In this document: positions 1 through 8,635 of the stretch, piece by piece
Layout: each line of letters opens with the position of its first letter
How positions within the stretch are numbered: position 1 is the stretch's first letter
NCBI GenBank assembly: GCA_963817745.1
Contig: CAWFPC010000008.1
Span: 432-64,431, forward strand
Direction of reading: 5' to 3'
Source of the DNA: an uncultured Chloroflexia bacterium
GTDB lineage: Bacteria > Chloroflexota > Limnocylindria > Limnocylindrales > CSP1-4
Length of the DNA: 64,000 bases
The notes under the pieces: generated by a model
Databases searched by the model: none
The model's input: only the letters and a program-made list of their open reading frames with translations
What the model was told of the DNA's origin: nothing
Program-made: the position numbers and the translations under genes

Positions 1-339
1 GCATCGGCCGACGGCCTGGACGACCAGGAGCGAACGGTGGCGCTGCGCGTGGCGCAGGAGGCCATGCAGAATGTCCGCAAGCACGCCGAGGCGACGACCG
101 TGGTCGTGGATACCCAGCAGACGAACGGTGACTGGACGCTGGAGATCCGCGACGATGGCCGCGGCTTCGACCCCGCTGCGATCGCGCGTGGTGGCCGGAA
201 CTTCGGTGTGCGGTTCATGCGCGAGCGAGCCGAGCTGATCGGGGCCCGCTTCCACATACGTTCACGACCGGAGGGCGGTACCGTGGTGCGGCTGGAGATC
301 CCGACGGGGGCAAGGATGGGAGCAAAGGAGAACGGATGA
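1..339 (+). CDS. Sensor histidine kinase, C-terminal HATPase_c domain (5' truncated by window edge)
   Basis: Intact N box (QEAMQNVRKHA), G1 box (DDGRGF) and G2-like box (FGVRFMRERA) of NarX/DegS-class kinases; overlaps the next gene (ATGA). Confidence 0.9.
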   Translation, partial: ASADGLDDQERTVALRVAQEAMQNVRKHAEATTVVVDTQQTNGDWTLEIRDDGRGFDPAAIARGGRNFGVRFMRERAELIGARFHIRSRPEGGTVVRLEIPTGARMGAKENG

Positions 340-1082
340 GCGCGAGCGAATACGGCGGACCGGACCGCAGACGGGGCGGTCCCGATCGACGGACACCGGG
401 CGAGACCACCCGGATCCTCATCGTCGACGATCACGCGTTGTTCCGGGCGGGCGTCGCCGGGATCCTCGCTCGTGAATCCGACTTCGAGATCGTGGGCGAG
501 GCCGACGACTCGCGGAGTGCCGTCGATCGATCGCTCGAGACGTCGCCCGACATCGTCCTGATGGACCTCTCGCTGCCATCCCCCGGCGGCATCGAGACCA
601 CGCAGCGGATCAAGCGCGAGCTGCCGTCCACCGGGATCATCGTGCTCGCCCAGACCGAGGACGAGGACGCGCTGTTCGACGCCATCAAGGCCGGTGCCGC
701 AGCCTTCATCCTCAAGGACGTCGGGCCCGACGACCTCGTCACGATCATCCGCCGCGTCGCGACCGGCGAGTTCCTCATCAACGACAAGGTGTTCTCCAAG
801 CCGGCGGTCGCCTCGCGCGTCCTCAAGGAGTTCCGCGAGCTCGCGGTCTACGGCCAGGAGGCCGCCCCGATCTTCGCGCCGCTCTCGCCGCGCGAGGTCG
901 AGATCCTGGACAACATCGCCCAGGGCATGACCAACAAGCAGGTCGCCTACGCGCTCTCGATCAGCGAGCAGACCGTCAAGAACCACATGAGCTCCATCCT
1001 GCGCAAGCTGTCGGTGAACGACCGGACCCAGGCCGTCGTGTACGCGATGCGCCAGGGTTGGATCCGGATGCCCGAGGACTGA
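336..1082 (+). CDS. NarL/DegU-family response regulator (REC + LuxR HTH)
   Basis: ILIVDDH...PDIVLMDLSLP receiver; LSPREVEIL...GMTNKQVA...TVKNHMSSILRKL LuxR HTH. Confidence 0.95.
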   Translation: MSASEYGGPDRRRGGPDRRTPGETTRILIVDDHALFRAGVAGILARESDFEIVGEADDSRSAVDRSLETSPDIVLMDLSLPSPGGIETTQRIKRELPSTGIIVLAQTEDEDALFDAIKAGAAAFILKDVGPDDLVTIIRRVATGEFLINDKVFSKPAVASRVLKEFRELAVYGQEAAPIFAPLSPREVEILDNIAQGMTNKQVAYALSISEQTVKNHMSSILRKLSVNDRTQAVVYAMRQGWIRMPED

Positions 1083-2323
1083 TGCCCGACGAGACACCGT
1101 CACCGACGGCCGCCCTCGACGAGCTGTCGGAACGGCTGGCCGACGACCTCCTCACGCTCGACAAGGAGCTGGTCGAGGTCGACCTGTTGATCGCGCAGGC
1201 GAAGACCGAGTCGGCGCGGCACGAGGGCCGCCGCGTGGCCGCGACGGAGAAGCTCGCCACCGTCGGCGACGACGCGGACCCGAAGGAGCGCATCGACGCG
1301 CTCACCGCGATCATCACGCTCACGAAGCGCGCCGCGCTCATGGAGACCCAGGTCGACGTGCTCGAGGGCAAGCGGCGCGCCCTCGCCCGCTACCGCGATG
1401 GGCTCGCCTCCTACATCGACGCCGTCACCGGGCTCGATCCGGCCGCCCTCGCGGCGCGCGCCCTCGAAGCGCCGACGGACGATGCTGCCCCGGACGCTCC
1501 GATGTCGCCGGCGGTCTCCCGCCTCGTGCTCGGCGCCCAGGAGGATCTCCGACGCGAGATCGCCCGGGCGATGCATGACGGGCCCGCCCAGAGCCTGACG
1601 AACATCGTGCTCCAGGCGCAGATCGTCGACCGGTTGGTCGTGCGCGATCCGGCCTCGGCGGCGATCGAGGTCCAGCAGCTGATCGCGATGGTCCAGCAGA
1701 CGCTGGATGCCACGAAGTCGTTCATCTTCGACGTCCGACCCATGGTCCTCGACGACCTCGGGCTCGTGCCGACGATGCGCCGGGCGACCCGGGACCGCGG
1801 CCGTCGCGCCGGCGTCCCCGTCGAATTCGATTCACTCGGGCAGGACCGTCGCCTGCCGATGGACCTCGAGAGCGGCCTGTTCCGCATCCTCGACGAGGCG
1901 CTCGCCGCGTACCTCGCCGCGGAGCCCGATCGCGTCGCCCTCCGGCTCGACTGGGGCGAGCAGCTGGAGGCGCACGTCACCGCGACGCGGGCGGTCGTCG
2001 AAGGCGCGCCGCCGGCGAGCGGCGTCGTGCCGACGATCCCTGGCAAGGACCTGCCGCCGGCCCTCGCCGCGATGATGGAGGACCGTCGCGCCGATGAACG
2101 CGACGCCGCCGAGGCGGCCGTCCGCGATGCGGTCGTGCACCTGCCCCCGGCGACATGGCGGGAGATCCAGGACCGGGCGGCATCCATCGGGGTCACGGTG
2201 GAGCTCCTCGCCGACGGGGGCGAGCTCCGGCTGCTGGCCGACATCCCGCCGCCCGATGCGGCGACCGCCCCCGGCGACGAAGCCGCAGACCAGCCTGCGG
2301 CCGTCGACGTCCCAGCCGGCTGA
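1082..2323 (+). CDS. DegS-like cytoplasmic histidine kinase (coiled coil + HisKA_3) with degenerate ATP-binding domain
   Basis: AQEDLRREIARAMHDGPAQSL H box and FDVRPMVLDDLGLVPTM resemble DegS; no TM helix; N and G boxes missing. Start at ATG 1082, overlapping the upstream TGA. Confidence 0.85.
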   Translation: MPDETPSPTAALDELSERLADDLLTLDKELVEVDLLIAQAKTESARHEGRRVAATEKLATVGDDADPKERIDALTAIITLTKRAALMETQVDVLEGKRRALARYRDGLASYIDAVTGLDPAALAARALEAPTDDAAPDAPMSPAVSRLVLGAQEDLRREIARAMHDGPAQSLTNIVLQAQIVDRLVVRDPASAAIEVQQLIAMVQQTLDATKSFIFDVRPMVLDDLGLVPTMRRATRDRGRRAGVPVEFDSLGQDRRLPMDLESGLFRILDEALAAYLAAEPDRVALRLDWGEQLEAHVTATRAVVEGAPPASGVVPTIPGKDLPPALAAMMEDRRADERDAAEAAVRDAVVHLPPATWREIQDRAASIGVTVELLADGGELRLLADIPPPDAATAPGDEAADQPAAVDVPAG

Positions 2324-2336
2324 GCGGGCGATCGTC

Positions 2337-2504
2337 GTGGGGGCGCGTGCGACCGGGCGAGGTCAGGGCCTGGTCGAGTACGGACTCATCCTGGTCCTCG
2401 CCGCCGTGCTCACGGTCGTGTGGCTGAACCTGTTCGGCGGGGCCATCGCGGACGCGCTCGCGGCCATCGGCCGGTTCATCGATGCCGCCACGGGCGGCGC
2501 GTGA
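2337..2504 (+). CDS. Divergent Flp-family pilin (probable minor pilin)
   Basis: G|QGLVEYGLIL Flp motif followed by a hydrophobic helix; GTG start at 2337 inferred. Confidence 0.7.
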   Translation: MGARATGRGQGLVEYGLILVLAAVLTVVWLNLFGGAIADALAAIGRFIDAATGGA

Positions 2505-2556
2505 TGCGGGCGCGCACCGGTCACTCCGGCTGGCGCGACCGGTACCATCGAGCCAG

Positions 2557-2586
2557 TTGTGGGCCACTCTCAGGGCGCGCTATGTT
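2557..2586 (+). promoter_or_regulatory. Possible sigma70-type promoter of second pilin
   Basis: TTGTGG-N18-TATGTT upstream of AGGAGG RBS at 2623-2628. Confidence 0.35.
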
Positions 2587-2636
2587 GGCGCCAGCCCTCG
2601 ATCGAGGGACGAGTACTCATCCAGGAGGCGCACGAC

Positions 2637-2811
2637 ATGGCACTTATCGTCAGCACGATCCTCGCCGCCCTTCATCGGGACGAGGAAGGCCAGGGCCTCG
2701 CGGAGTACGCGCTGATCCTCGCCCTCATCGCCATCGTCGCGATCATCGCCCTCATCTTCCTGGGCGGCCAGGTCAGCTCGATCCTCAGCGACGTCGGCGA
2801 CGTCGGTCTAA
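2637..2811 (+). CDS. flp: Flp/Fap pilin (one +1 indel near 3' end)
   Basis: MALIVSTILAALHRDEEG|QGLAEYALILALIAIVAIIALIFLGGQVSSILSDVG; TAA at 2809-2811 is reached after removing one extra base relative to the sister copies. Confidence 0.9.
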
Positions 2812-2836
2812 CCGACCACCGACGCATCGAGTCCAG

Positions 2837-2875
2837 GACCGCCGGGCCTTCGGGACCGGCGGTCTTGTCGTATTT
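2837..2875 (+). terminator. Intrinsic terminator after pilin 2
   Basis: GACCGCCGG-g-CC-TTCG-GG-a-CCGGCGGTC hairpin followed by TTGTCGTATTT. Confidence 0.8.
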
Positions 2876-2904
2876 GTGCACGCATCGCTCGGTCACACGG
2901 CCAC

Positions 2905-2933
2905 TTGACATGCCAGAGGGTGCCTCGTACCGT
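2905..2933 (+). promoter_or_regulatory. Sigma70-type promoter of pilin 3
   Basis: TTGACA-N17-TACCGT. Confidence 0.75.
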
Positions 2934-2939
2934 GGCCCA

Positions 2940-2986
2940 GCCTCCGGGCGACCGGGGAGCCTGTACGGAAAGGAGGTACCACCCAC
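2940..2986 (+). repeat. Conserved pilin 5' leader, copy 1 (hairpin + AAGGAGGT RBS)
   Basis: GCCTCCGGGCGACCGGGGAGCCTG...GGAAAGGAGGTACCA, nearly identical to 3288-3334. Confidence 0.85.
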
Positions 2987-3156
2987 ATGTCTCAGCTTTT
3001 TGCTCTGATCTCGTCCTTCCGCACTGACGAGGAGGGCCAGGGTCTCGCCGAGTACGCGCTGATCCTCGCCCTCATCGCGATCGTGGCGATCATCGCCCTG
3101 ATCTTCCTGGGCGGCCAGGTCTCTCGATCCTCAGCGACGTCGGCGAGTCGGTCTAA
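2987..3156 (+). CDS. flp: Flp/Fap pilin (one -1 indel)
   Basis: MSQLFALISSFRTDEEG|QGLAEYALILALIAIVAIIALIFLGGQV...SDVGESV; TAA at 3154-3156. Confidence 0.9.
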
Positions 3157-3179
3157 CCACCGACGCCAGCTGAAACGCA

Positions 3180-3216
3180 GACCGCCGGTCACACGGCCGG
3201 CGGTCTTCGTGTTTCT
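3180..3216 (+). terminator. Intrinsic terminator after pilin 3
   Basis: GACCGCCGG...CCGGCGGTC stem followed by TTCGTGTTTCT. Confidence 0.8.
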
Positions 3217-3250
3217 GGCGACGCACGGGATGCACCCGGCCTACGGCCTA

Positions 3251-3281
3251 TTGACACGCCCGCACGCGGCCTCCGTACGGT
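3251..3281 (+). promoter_or_regulatory. Sigma70-type promoter of pilin 4
   Basis: TTGACA-N19-TACGGT at the same position relative to the conserved leader as in the pilin 3 unit; the long spacer may include indel error. Confidence 0.6.
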
Positions 3282-3287
3282 AGCCCC

Positions 3288-3334
3288 GCCTCCGGGCGAC
3301 CGGGGAGCCTGCATCGGAAAGGAGGTACCAACTC
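3288..3334 (+). repeat. Conserved pilin 5' leader, copy 2
   Basis: GCCTCCGGGCGACCGGGGAGCCTG...GGAAAGGAGGTACCA. Confidence 0.85.
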
Positions 3335-3507
3335 ATGTCGCAGCTTTTTGCCCTTATCTCGTCCTTCCGCACTGATGAGGAAGGCCAGGGTCTCGCGGAG
3401 TACGCGCTGATCCTCGCCCTCATCGCGATCGTCGCGATCATCGCCCTTGTCTTCCTGGGTGCCCAGGTCTGCGACCATCCTCAGCGATGTCGGCGAGTCG
3501 CGTCTAG
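3335..3507 (+). CDS. flp: Flp/Fap pilin (two +1 indels)
   Basis: MSQLFALISSFRTDEEG|QGLAEYALILALIAIVAIIALVFLGAQV...; TAG at 3505-3507. Confidence 0.9.
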
Positions 3508-3535
3508 ACCACCGACGTCTCGACGTCACCGAAAC

Positions 3536-3572
3536 GACCGCCGGGCCCGTCGGGCTCGGCGGTCTTCTTTGT
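3536..3572 (+). terminator. Intrinsic terminator after pilin 4
   Basis: GACCGCCGGGCCC-GTC-GGGCTCGGCGGTC followed by TTCTTTGT. Confidence 0.85.
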
Positions 3573-3659
3573 CTCGGATGGCCGTCACGATCCGGCTCCA
3601 GGGCGCCGTTGCGCAGGCCTGGATGACGGTCATGGTGTCGGCCGTACGACAGCGCACCA

Positions 3660-3737
3660 CCAACCTTGCACCCAACCTTGCGACACGCATGGTTTCCTGC
3701 CGTTTCCTACCAGATGGTCCTAGCCCTTTGGTATAGT
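3660..3737 (+). promoter_or_regulatory. cpaB operon promoter: extended -10 with two upstream direct-repeat pairs
   Basis: TG-G-TATAGT at 3729-3737; CCAACCTTGC twice (3660-3669, 3672-3681); GTTTCCT(G/A)CC twice (3692-3711). Confidence 0.55.
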
Positions 3738-3799
3738 CGCGCGGCTTTTGGGCGGTGCTACAGTGGTGCCACCTGTCACACGACTCGGGGAGTACCAAC

Positions 3800-4704
3800 T
3801 TGAAGCGTTCTAATCGTCTCGTCCTGCTCGTGGGCGTCTTTCTCGCGATCGTCGCGTTCGTGGGGATCCTGCTGATCGCCCAAGGCGGCGGCGGCGACGC
3901 CGGAGGACCGACGATTCCCACCACGGCGCCGCACCGTCATCGCGACGGCGGACATCCCGCTCGGCTCGCGCATCGGCGCCGACCAGGTCACGGTCCAGGT
4001 CAAGGACCTCGAAGGGCGGGACGCGGACGCATTCGGCGACACGTCGCAGGTCATCGGGCAGATCGTGCGCCAGCAGGTCACGGCGGGCCAGGCGATCACC
4101 CAGCGAACGCTCACGGGTGGCACCCAGGGGCAGATCCTCAACATCGAGACACCGCCCGGACAGCGTTCCATCGCCGTCCAGGTCGACCAGGTCACCGGCG
4201 TCGGCACGGTCATCAAGACCGGCGACTACGTGGACATGATCGTCGGCCTCACCGCCGCCCAGTTCCCCGTCATCACCGTGAACCCGGACGACGACACGTT
4301 CAGCGTCGTGGGCGGCCTCAACGGCACGAGCGTCAAGCTCCTGCTGCAGGGCATGCAGGTCCTGGGCACGCTGCTCCCGCCGCCGCCGGCGCGCGGACCC
4401 GAACGCGCCCGCCCCGTCGGGCGGACCGAGCATCGACCCTCTCACCGGCCAGCAGGAGATCGTGATCCTGTCGGTCACGGCCCAGCAGGCCGAGATCATC
4501 AAGTTCGTCCAGATGGACGGCAACGTGTCCCTCGTCCTGCGCTCACCCGAAGACTTCATCGACCCGACCACCGGTCAGCCGTTCCCCGACGGTCCCGTCC
4601 CGGACACGACGACCGGCGTCATCCTCAAGACGCTCGTCGATACCCTCGGCGTCCTGCCGCCGGAACTCGTCGAGACGGTCCTTCCGAGCCAGGAGCAGCC
4701 CTGA
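3800..4704 (+). CDS. cpaB: Flp pilus assembly protein CpaB/RcpC (frameshifted in assembly)
   Basis: N-terminal TM; SAF-like segment; PPGQRSIAVQVDQVTGVGTVIKTGDYVDMIV and ILSVTAQQAEII RcpC motifs across three frames; TTG start. Confidence 0.85.
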
Positions 4705-4865
4705 TCACGTCCTTCCCGGGCGGCCGGACGGCCGCCACTCCCCGACCCAGGCGCAACGGGCGCGATGGACCGCCAGGTCCCGCGCCCGTCCTGGTCAGGG
4801 CCACGCACGCACCCCGCTGACGCACCGACCAACGACATCAACGACAACGAGAGCCGAACCGCCTG

Positions 4866-6125
4866 ATGGCAGACCAGATCCGCGTCCTCATCGTCGACGA
4901 CATCCCGGAGACCCGCGACCACCTCACGAAGCTGCTCGGCTTCGAGAGCGACATCGACGTGGTCGGCTCGGCGGCGTCCGGCGCGGAAGCCCTCGATCTC
5001 GCGACGAAGCTCTCCCCGGATGTCGTCCTGATGGACATCAACATGCCGGACATGGACGGCATCGCCACGACGGAGCTGATGTCCCACTCGGCGCCCGCCG
5101 CGTCCGTGATCATGATGTCGGTCCAGGGCGAGGCGGACTATCTCCGCCGATCGATGCTCGCCGGCGCACGCGAGTTCCTCGTCAAGCCCTTCAGCAGCGA
5201 CGAGCTCACCGCGTCGATCCGGCAGGTCTACGGCCGCGAGCGCGAGAAGCTCAGCCGCATGGTCGTCGCGCCGGCCGCAGCATCGGCCGAACGGCAGCGC
5301 GTCCTCGGAGGGGTCCGCCGACCCGGGCATCGTCGTCGCGGTGTTCAGCCCGAAGGGCGGCGTCGGTCGGACGACCGTGGCCGTCAATCTCGCCGTCGCC
5401 GCCGCCACCGAGCTCGGCAAGAAGGTCGTCGTCGTGGACGCGTCCTTCCAGTTCGGCGACGTCGGCGTCCTGCTCAACCTGAACCTCAAGAACAAGTCGA
5501 TCGCCGACCTCATGCCCGAGCTCGACCAGGGGGAGCTCGACTCGCTCGACACGTTCGTGATCAACCACTCCGCGGGGATCCGCGTGCTGCTCGCTCCGCC
5601 GTCGCCCGAGATGGCCGAGCTCATCACGCCGAGCGCCATCAAGCGGGTCCTGGAGACGCTCCGCCGCGATCACGACCTCGTGGTCGTCGACTGCACGGCG
5701 TTCTTCAACGACACGACCCTCGCGATCCTCGATGCCGCCGACATCATCCTCACGATGCTCAGCCTCGAGATCACGAGCATCAAGAACATGCGGCTCTTCC
5801 TCGAGATCGCCGACCAGCTCGGCTACGAGGCCGGCAAGGTCCGACTCGTCCTCAACCGCGCCGATTTCGGCGCTCGGCATCCGGGTCGCGGACGTCGAGC
5901 ATTCGATCGGCCGCAAGGTCGACGAGACCATCGTCAGCGACGGTCGCAGCGTGGTCTACGCGCTGAACCGTGGCGTACCGTTCTTTCTCAGCAACCGGGA
6001 GACACAGGTCTCCCAGGACATCCTCCGATTGGCCCGGTCGGTCGTCGGTGAGCGGACGCATGTCGCGGCCGGCGCCGAGGGCCCAGAAGGCCGCGCAGAA
6101 GAAATCGTTGTTCGCATGGCGATGA
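4866..6125 (+). CDS. cpaE: Receiver domain + CpaE/TadZ MinD-like ATPase (frameshifted)
   Basis: REC (VLIVDD, LMDINMPDMDG, FLVKP) then FSPKGGVGRTT deviant Walker A, DASFQFGD and LVLNR; ends KKSLFAWR* at 6125. Confidence 0.85.
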
Positions 6126-6174
6126 AGGTGCTCGCACCCGCGGGCAGCCCCACGGGGCATAAAGGGGTGAAGAC

Positions 6175-7593
6175 ATGTCCCTGTTGAAGCGGATCGAGAG
6201 CGCTCGACCAGGTGGCGCCGGCACACCGGCCGCACCGCCTTCCGGAGAACCCGGACCGAACCTGCCGGCTCCCGCCGGCGGCCAGCCGCCGCCGTCGATG
6301 GGGACGGCGCGTCTCCAGTCCCAGGCGCCGGTCCGTGAGTCCTTCCGTGACGTGAAGTTCCGGATCCAGAACCGCGTCATCCAGGACCTGGACCCGAAGC
6401 TCGACCTGTCGAACCAGGTCGAGGTCCGACGCCAGATCGAGGAGATCTTCGGCAAGGTCATCGACGAGGAAGGCCTCGCGCTGACCCGTGCCGAGCGCGT
6501 CCGGATGCTCGAGCAGATCACGGACGAGATCATCGGCCTCGGACCGCTCGAGCCCCTGCTCCGCGACGAGTCGATCACCGAGGTCATGGTCAACGGCCCG
6601 CGCCAGGTCTACATCGAGCGCTCCGGCAAGCTGGAGCTGACCAACGTCGTGTTCCAGAACGACGACCACGTCATGCGCATCATCGATCGGATCATCGCGC
6701 CGATCGGCCGCCGCGTGGACGAGTCGTCGCCGATGGTCGATGCCCGACTGACCGACGGTTCCCGCGTCAACGCCATCATCCCGCCGCTGTCTTTGGTGGG
6801 CCCGGTCGTCACCATCCGGAAGTTCTCGGCATCGCCCTTCACCGTCGACGATCTGATCCGGTTCGGCACCGCGACCGCAGACATGTTCGACTTCCTTCGC
6901 GCCTGTGTGGAGGCTCGCCTGAACATCTTCGTCTCCGGCGGCACCGGCTCCGGCAAGACCACGACCCTCAACGTGCTGTCGTCGTTCATCCCGAACGACG
7001 AGCGCATCGTGACGATCGAGGACGCCGCCGAGCTGCAGCTCCGCCAGGAGCACGTCGTCACGCTGGAATCGCGTCCGCCGAACATCGAGGGCAAGGGCGC
7101 GATCCCGATCCGCGAGCTCGTGCGCAACGCCCTGCGCATGCGGCCCGATCGCATCATCGTCGGCGAGTGCCGATCCGGTGAGGCGCTGGACATGCTCCAG
7201 GCCATGAACACGGGCCATGACGGCTCGATGTCCACCGGCCACGCCAACTCACCACGCGACATGCTGTCGCGCCTCGAGACGATGGTCCTCATGGCCGGCG
7301 TCGACCTGCCGCTGCGGGCCATCCGCGAGCAGGTCGCCTCGGCGGTCGACCTCATCGTCCAGCAGAGCCGCCTCAAGGACGGGACCCGGAAGATCGTCAA
7401 CATCACCGAGGTCCAGGGCATGGAAGGCGACGTCATCGTCATGCAGGACGTCTTCGTCTTCGAGCAGACGGGCGTCGTCGAGGGCAAGATCCAGGGCCGC
7501 CTCAAGGCGACCGGCATCCGTCCGAAGTTCGTCGAGAAGTTCGAGATCATGGGCATCAACCTGCCCCCGGGTCTCTTCGGCTTCACCTACTAG
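6175..7593 (+). CDS. cpaF: Tad pilus assembly ATPase CpaF/TadA
   Basis: GGTGSGKTT Walker A, TIEDAAEL, ALRMRPDRIIVGECR, AMNTGHDGSMSTGHAN. Confidence 0.97.
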   Translation: MSLLKRIESARPGGAGTPAAPPSGEPGPNLPAPAGGQPPPSMGTARLQSQAPVRESFRDVKFRIQNRVIQDLDPKLDLSNQVEVRRQIEEIFGKVIDEEGLALTRAERVRMLEQITDEIIGLGPLEPLLRDESITEVMVNGPRQVYIERSGKLELTNVVFQNDDHVMRIIDRIIAPIGRRVDESSPMVDARLTDGSRVNAIIPPLSLVGPVVTIRKFSASPFTVDDLIRFGTATADMFDFLRACVEARLNIFVSGGTGSGKTTTLNVLSSFIPNDERIVTIEDAAELQLRQEHVVTLESRPPNIEGKGAIPIRELVRNALRMRPDRIIVGECRSGEALDMLQAMNTGHDGSMSTGHANSPRDMLSRLETMVLMAGVDLPLRAIREQVASAVDLIVQQSRLKDGTRKIVNITEVQGMEGDVIVMQDVFVFEQTGVVEGKIQGRLKATGIRPKFVEKFEIMGINLPPGLFGFTY

Positions 7594-7614
7594 TCGAGAG
7601 GAGGAAGACCGACC

Positions 7615-8633
7615 GTGGACCCGCTCATCCTCGGCGTGGCCGGTGTCGCCGCGTTGGCCATCCTGCTGATCGCCGTCGGCGTCGCGAGCTCCGGGAGCTC
7701 CGGCATCTCGGACCGGCTGGAACGCTATGCGTCGAGCAAGACCGAGACCAAGGCCGCGTCCAGCTGGCGGCCAGGGGCCGATCACCGACCTGATCGCCCA
7801 GAGCGCCGCGCTCGCCAACCTCAACAAGGCGGTCGAGGGGCGCGACTACGGTGCCAACCTGGCGCGCGAGATCGCGCGCGCAGACCTCAAGCTCAAGCCG
7901 TCCGAGTTCCTCATGATCCGGGCTGGCATCGACGATCGGCATCCCCGATCGCGATGCTCGTGCTGTCGGTCGTGCTTCCCGTCGCTCGGCAACCCGCTCC
8001 TCGTGCTGATCGGCGGCCTCGTCGGGTTCATGCTCCCCAAGTTCTGGCTGGGACGGCGCAAGTCGGGACGCCTCAACGCGTTCAACAAGTCGCTCCCGGA
8101 CACGATCACGCTCATCGCCAACGCGCTGCGCGCCGGATCGTCGTTCCTGCAGGCCATCGAGCTCGTCGTCCGTGAGTCCCGACCGCCGATCTCCACCGAG
8201 TTCGGGCGGGTCATCCGCGAGGTGAACCTCGGCCTGCCGTTCGAGCAGGCCCTCGAGAACATGGTCCGCCGCGTACGGTCGGACGACCTCGAGCTCATGG
8301 CGACCGCGATCTCGATCCAGTACCAGGTCGGCGGCAACCTCGCCGAGATCCTGGACTCGATCGCCTACACCATCCGCGAGCGGGTCCGCATCAAGGGCGA
8401 GATCCGGACCCTGACGGCGCAGCAGCGCCTGTCCGGGTATGTCGTCGGCTTCCTGCCGATCGGCCTGGCGGGCTTCCTGTTCATCGCGGCGCCGCGGTTC
8501 ATGGACCCGATGTTCGACCCGGCCGTCGCCATCATCGGCCTGCCGGCCGGCGTCATCATCCTCGCGATCGGTGGATTCATGATGTTCCTCGGGCTTCATG
8601 CTCATCCGCAAGATCGTGGACATCGAGGTCTAG
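7615..8633 (+). CDS. tadB: Tad pilus platform protein TadB (T2SSF domain; frameshifted)
   Basis: SLPDTITLIANALRAGSSFLQA...GGNLAEILDSIAYTIRERVRIKGEIRTLTAQQRLSG; stop TAG 8631-8633. Confidence 0.9.
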
Positions 8634-8635
8634 CC

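Noticed and set aside
2940-2986. c-di-GMP-I riboswitch in the pilin leaders (GCCTCCGG word)
   Set aside because: The leader is only about 47 nt with a single hairpin; there is no room for the two-stem aptamer or its GNRA/receptor pair.
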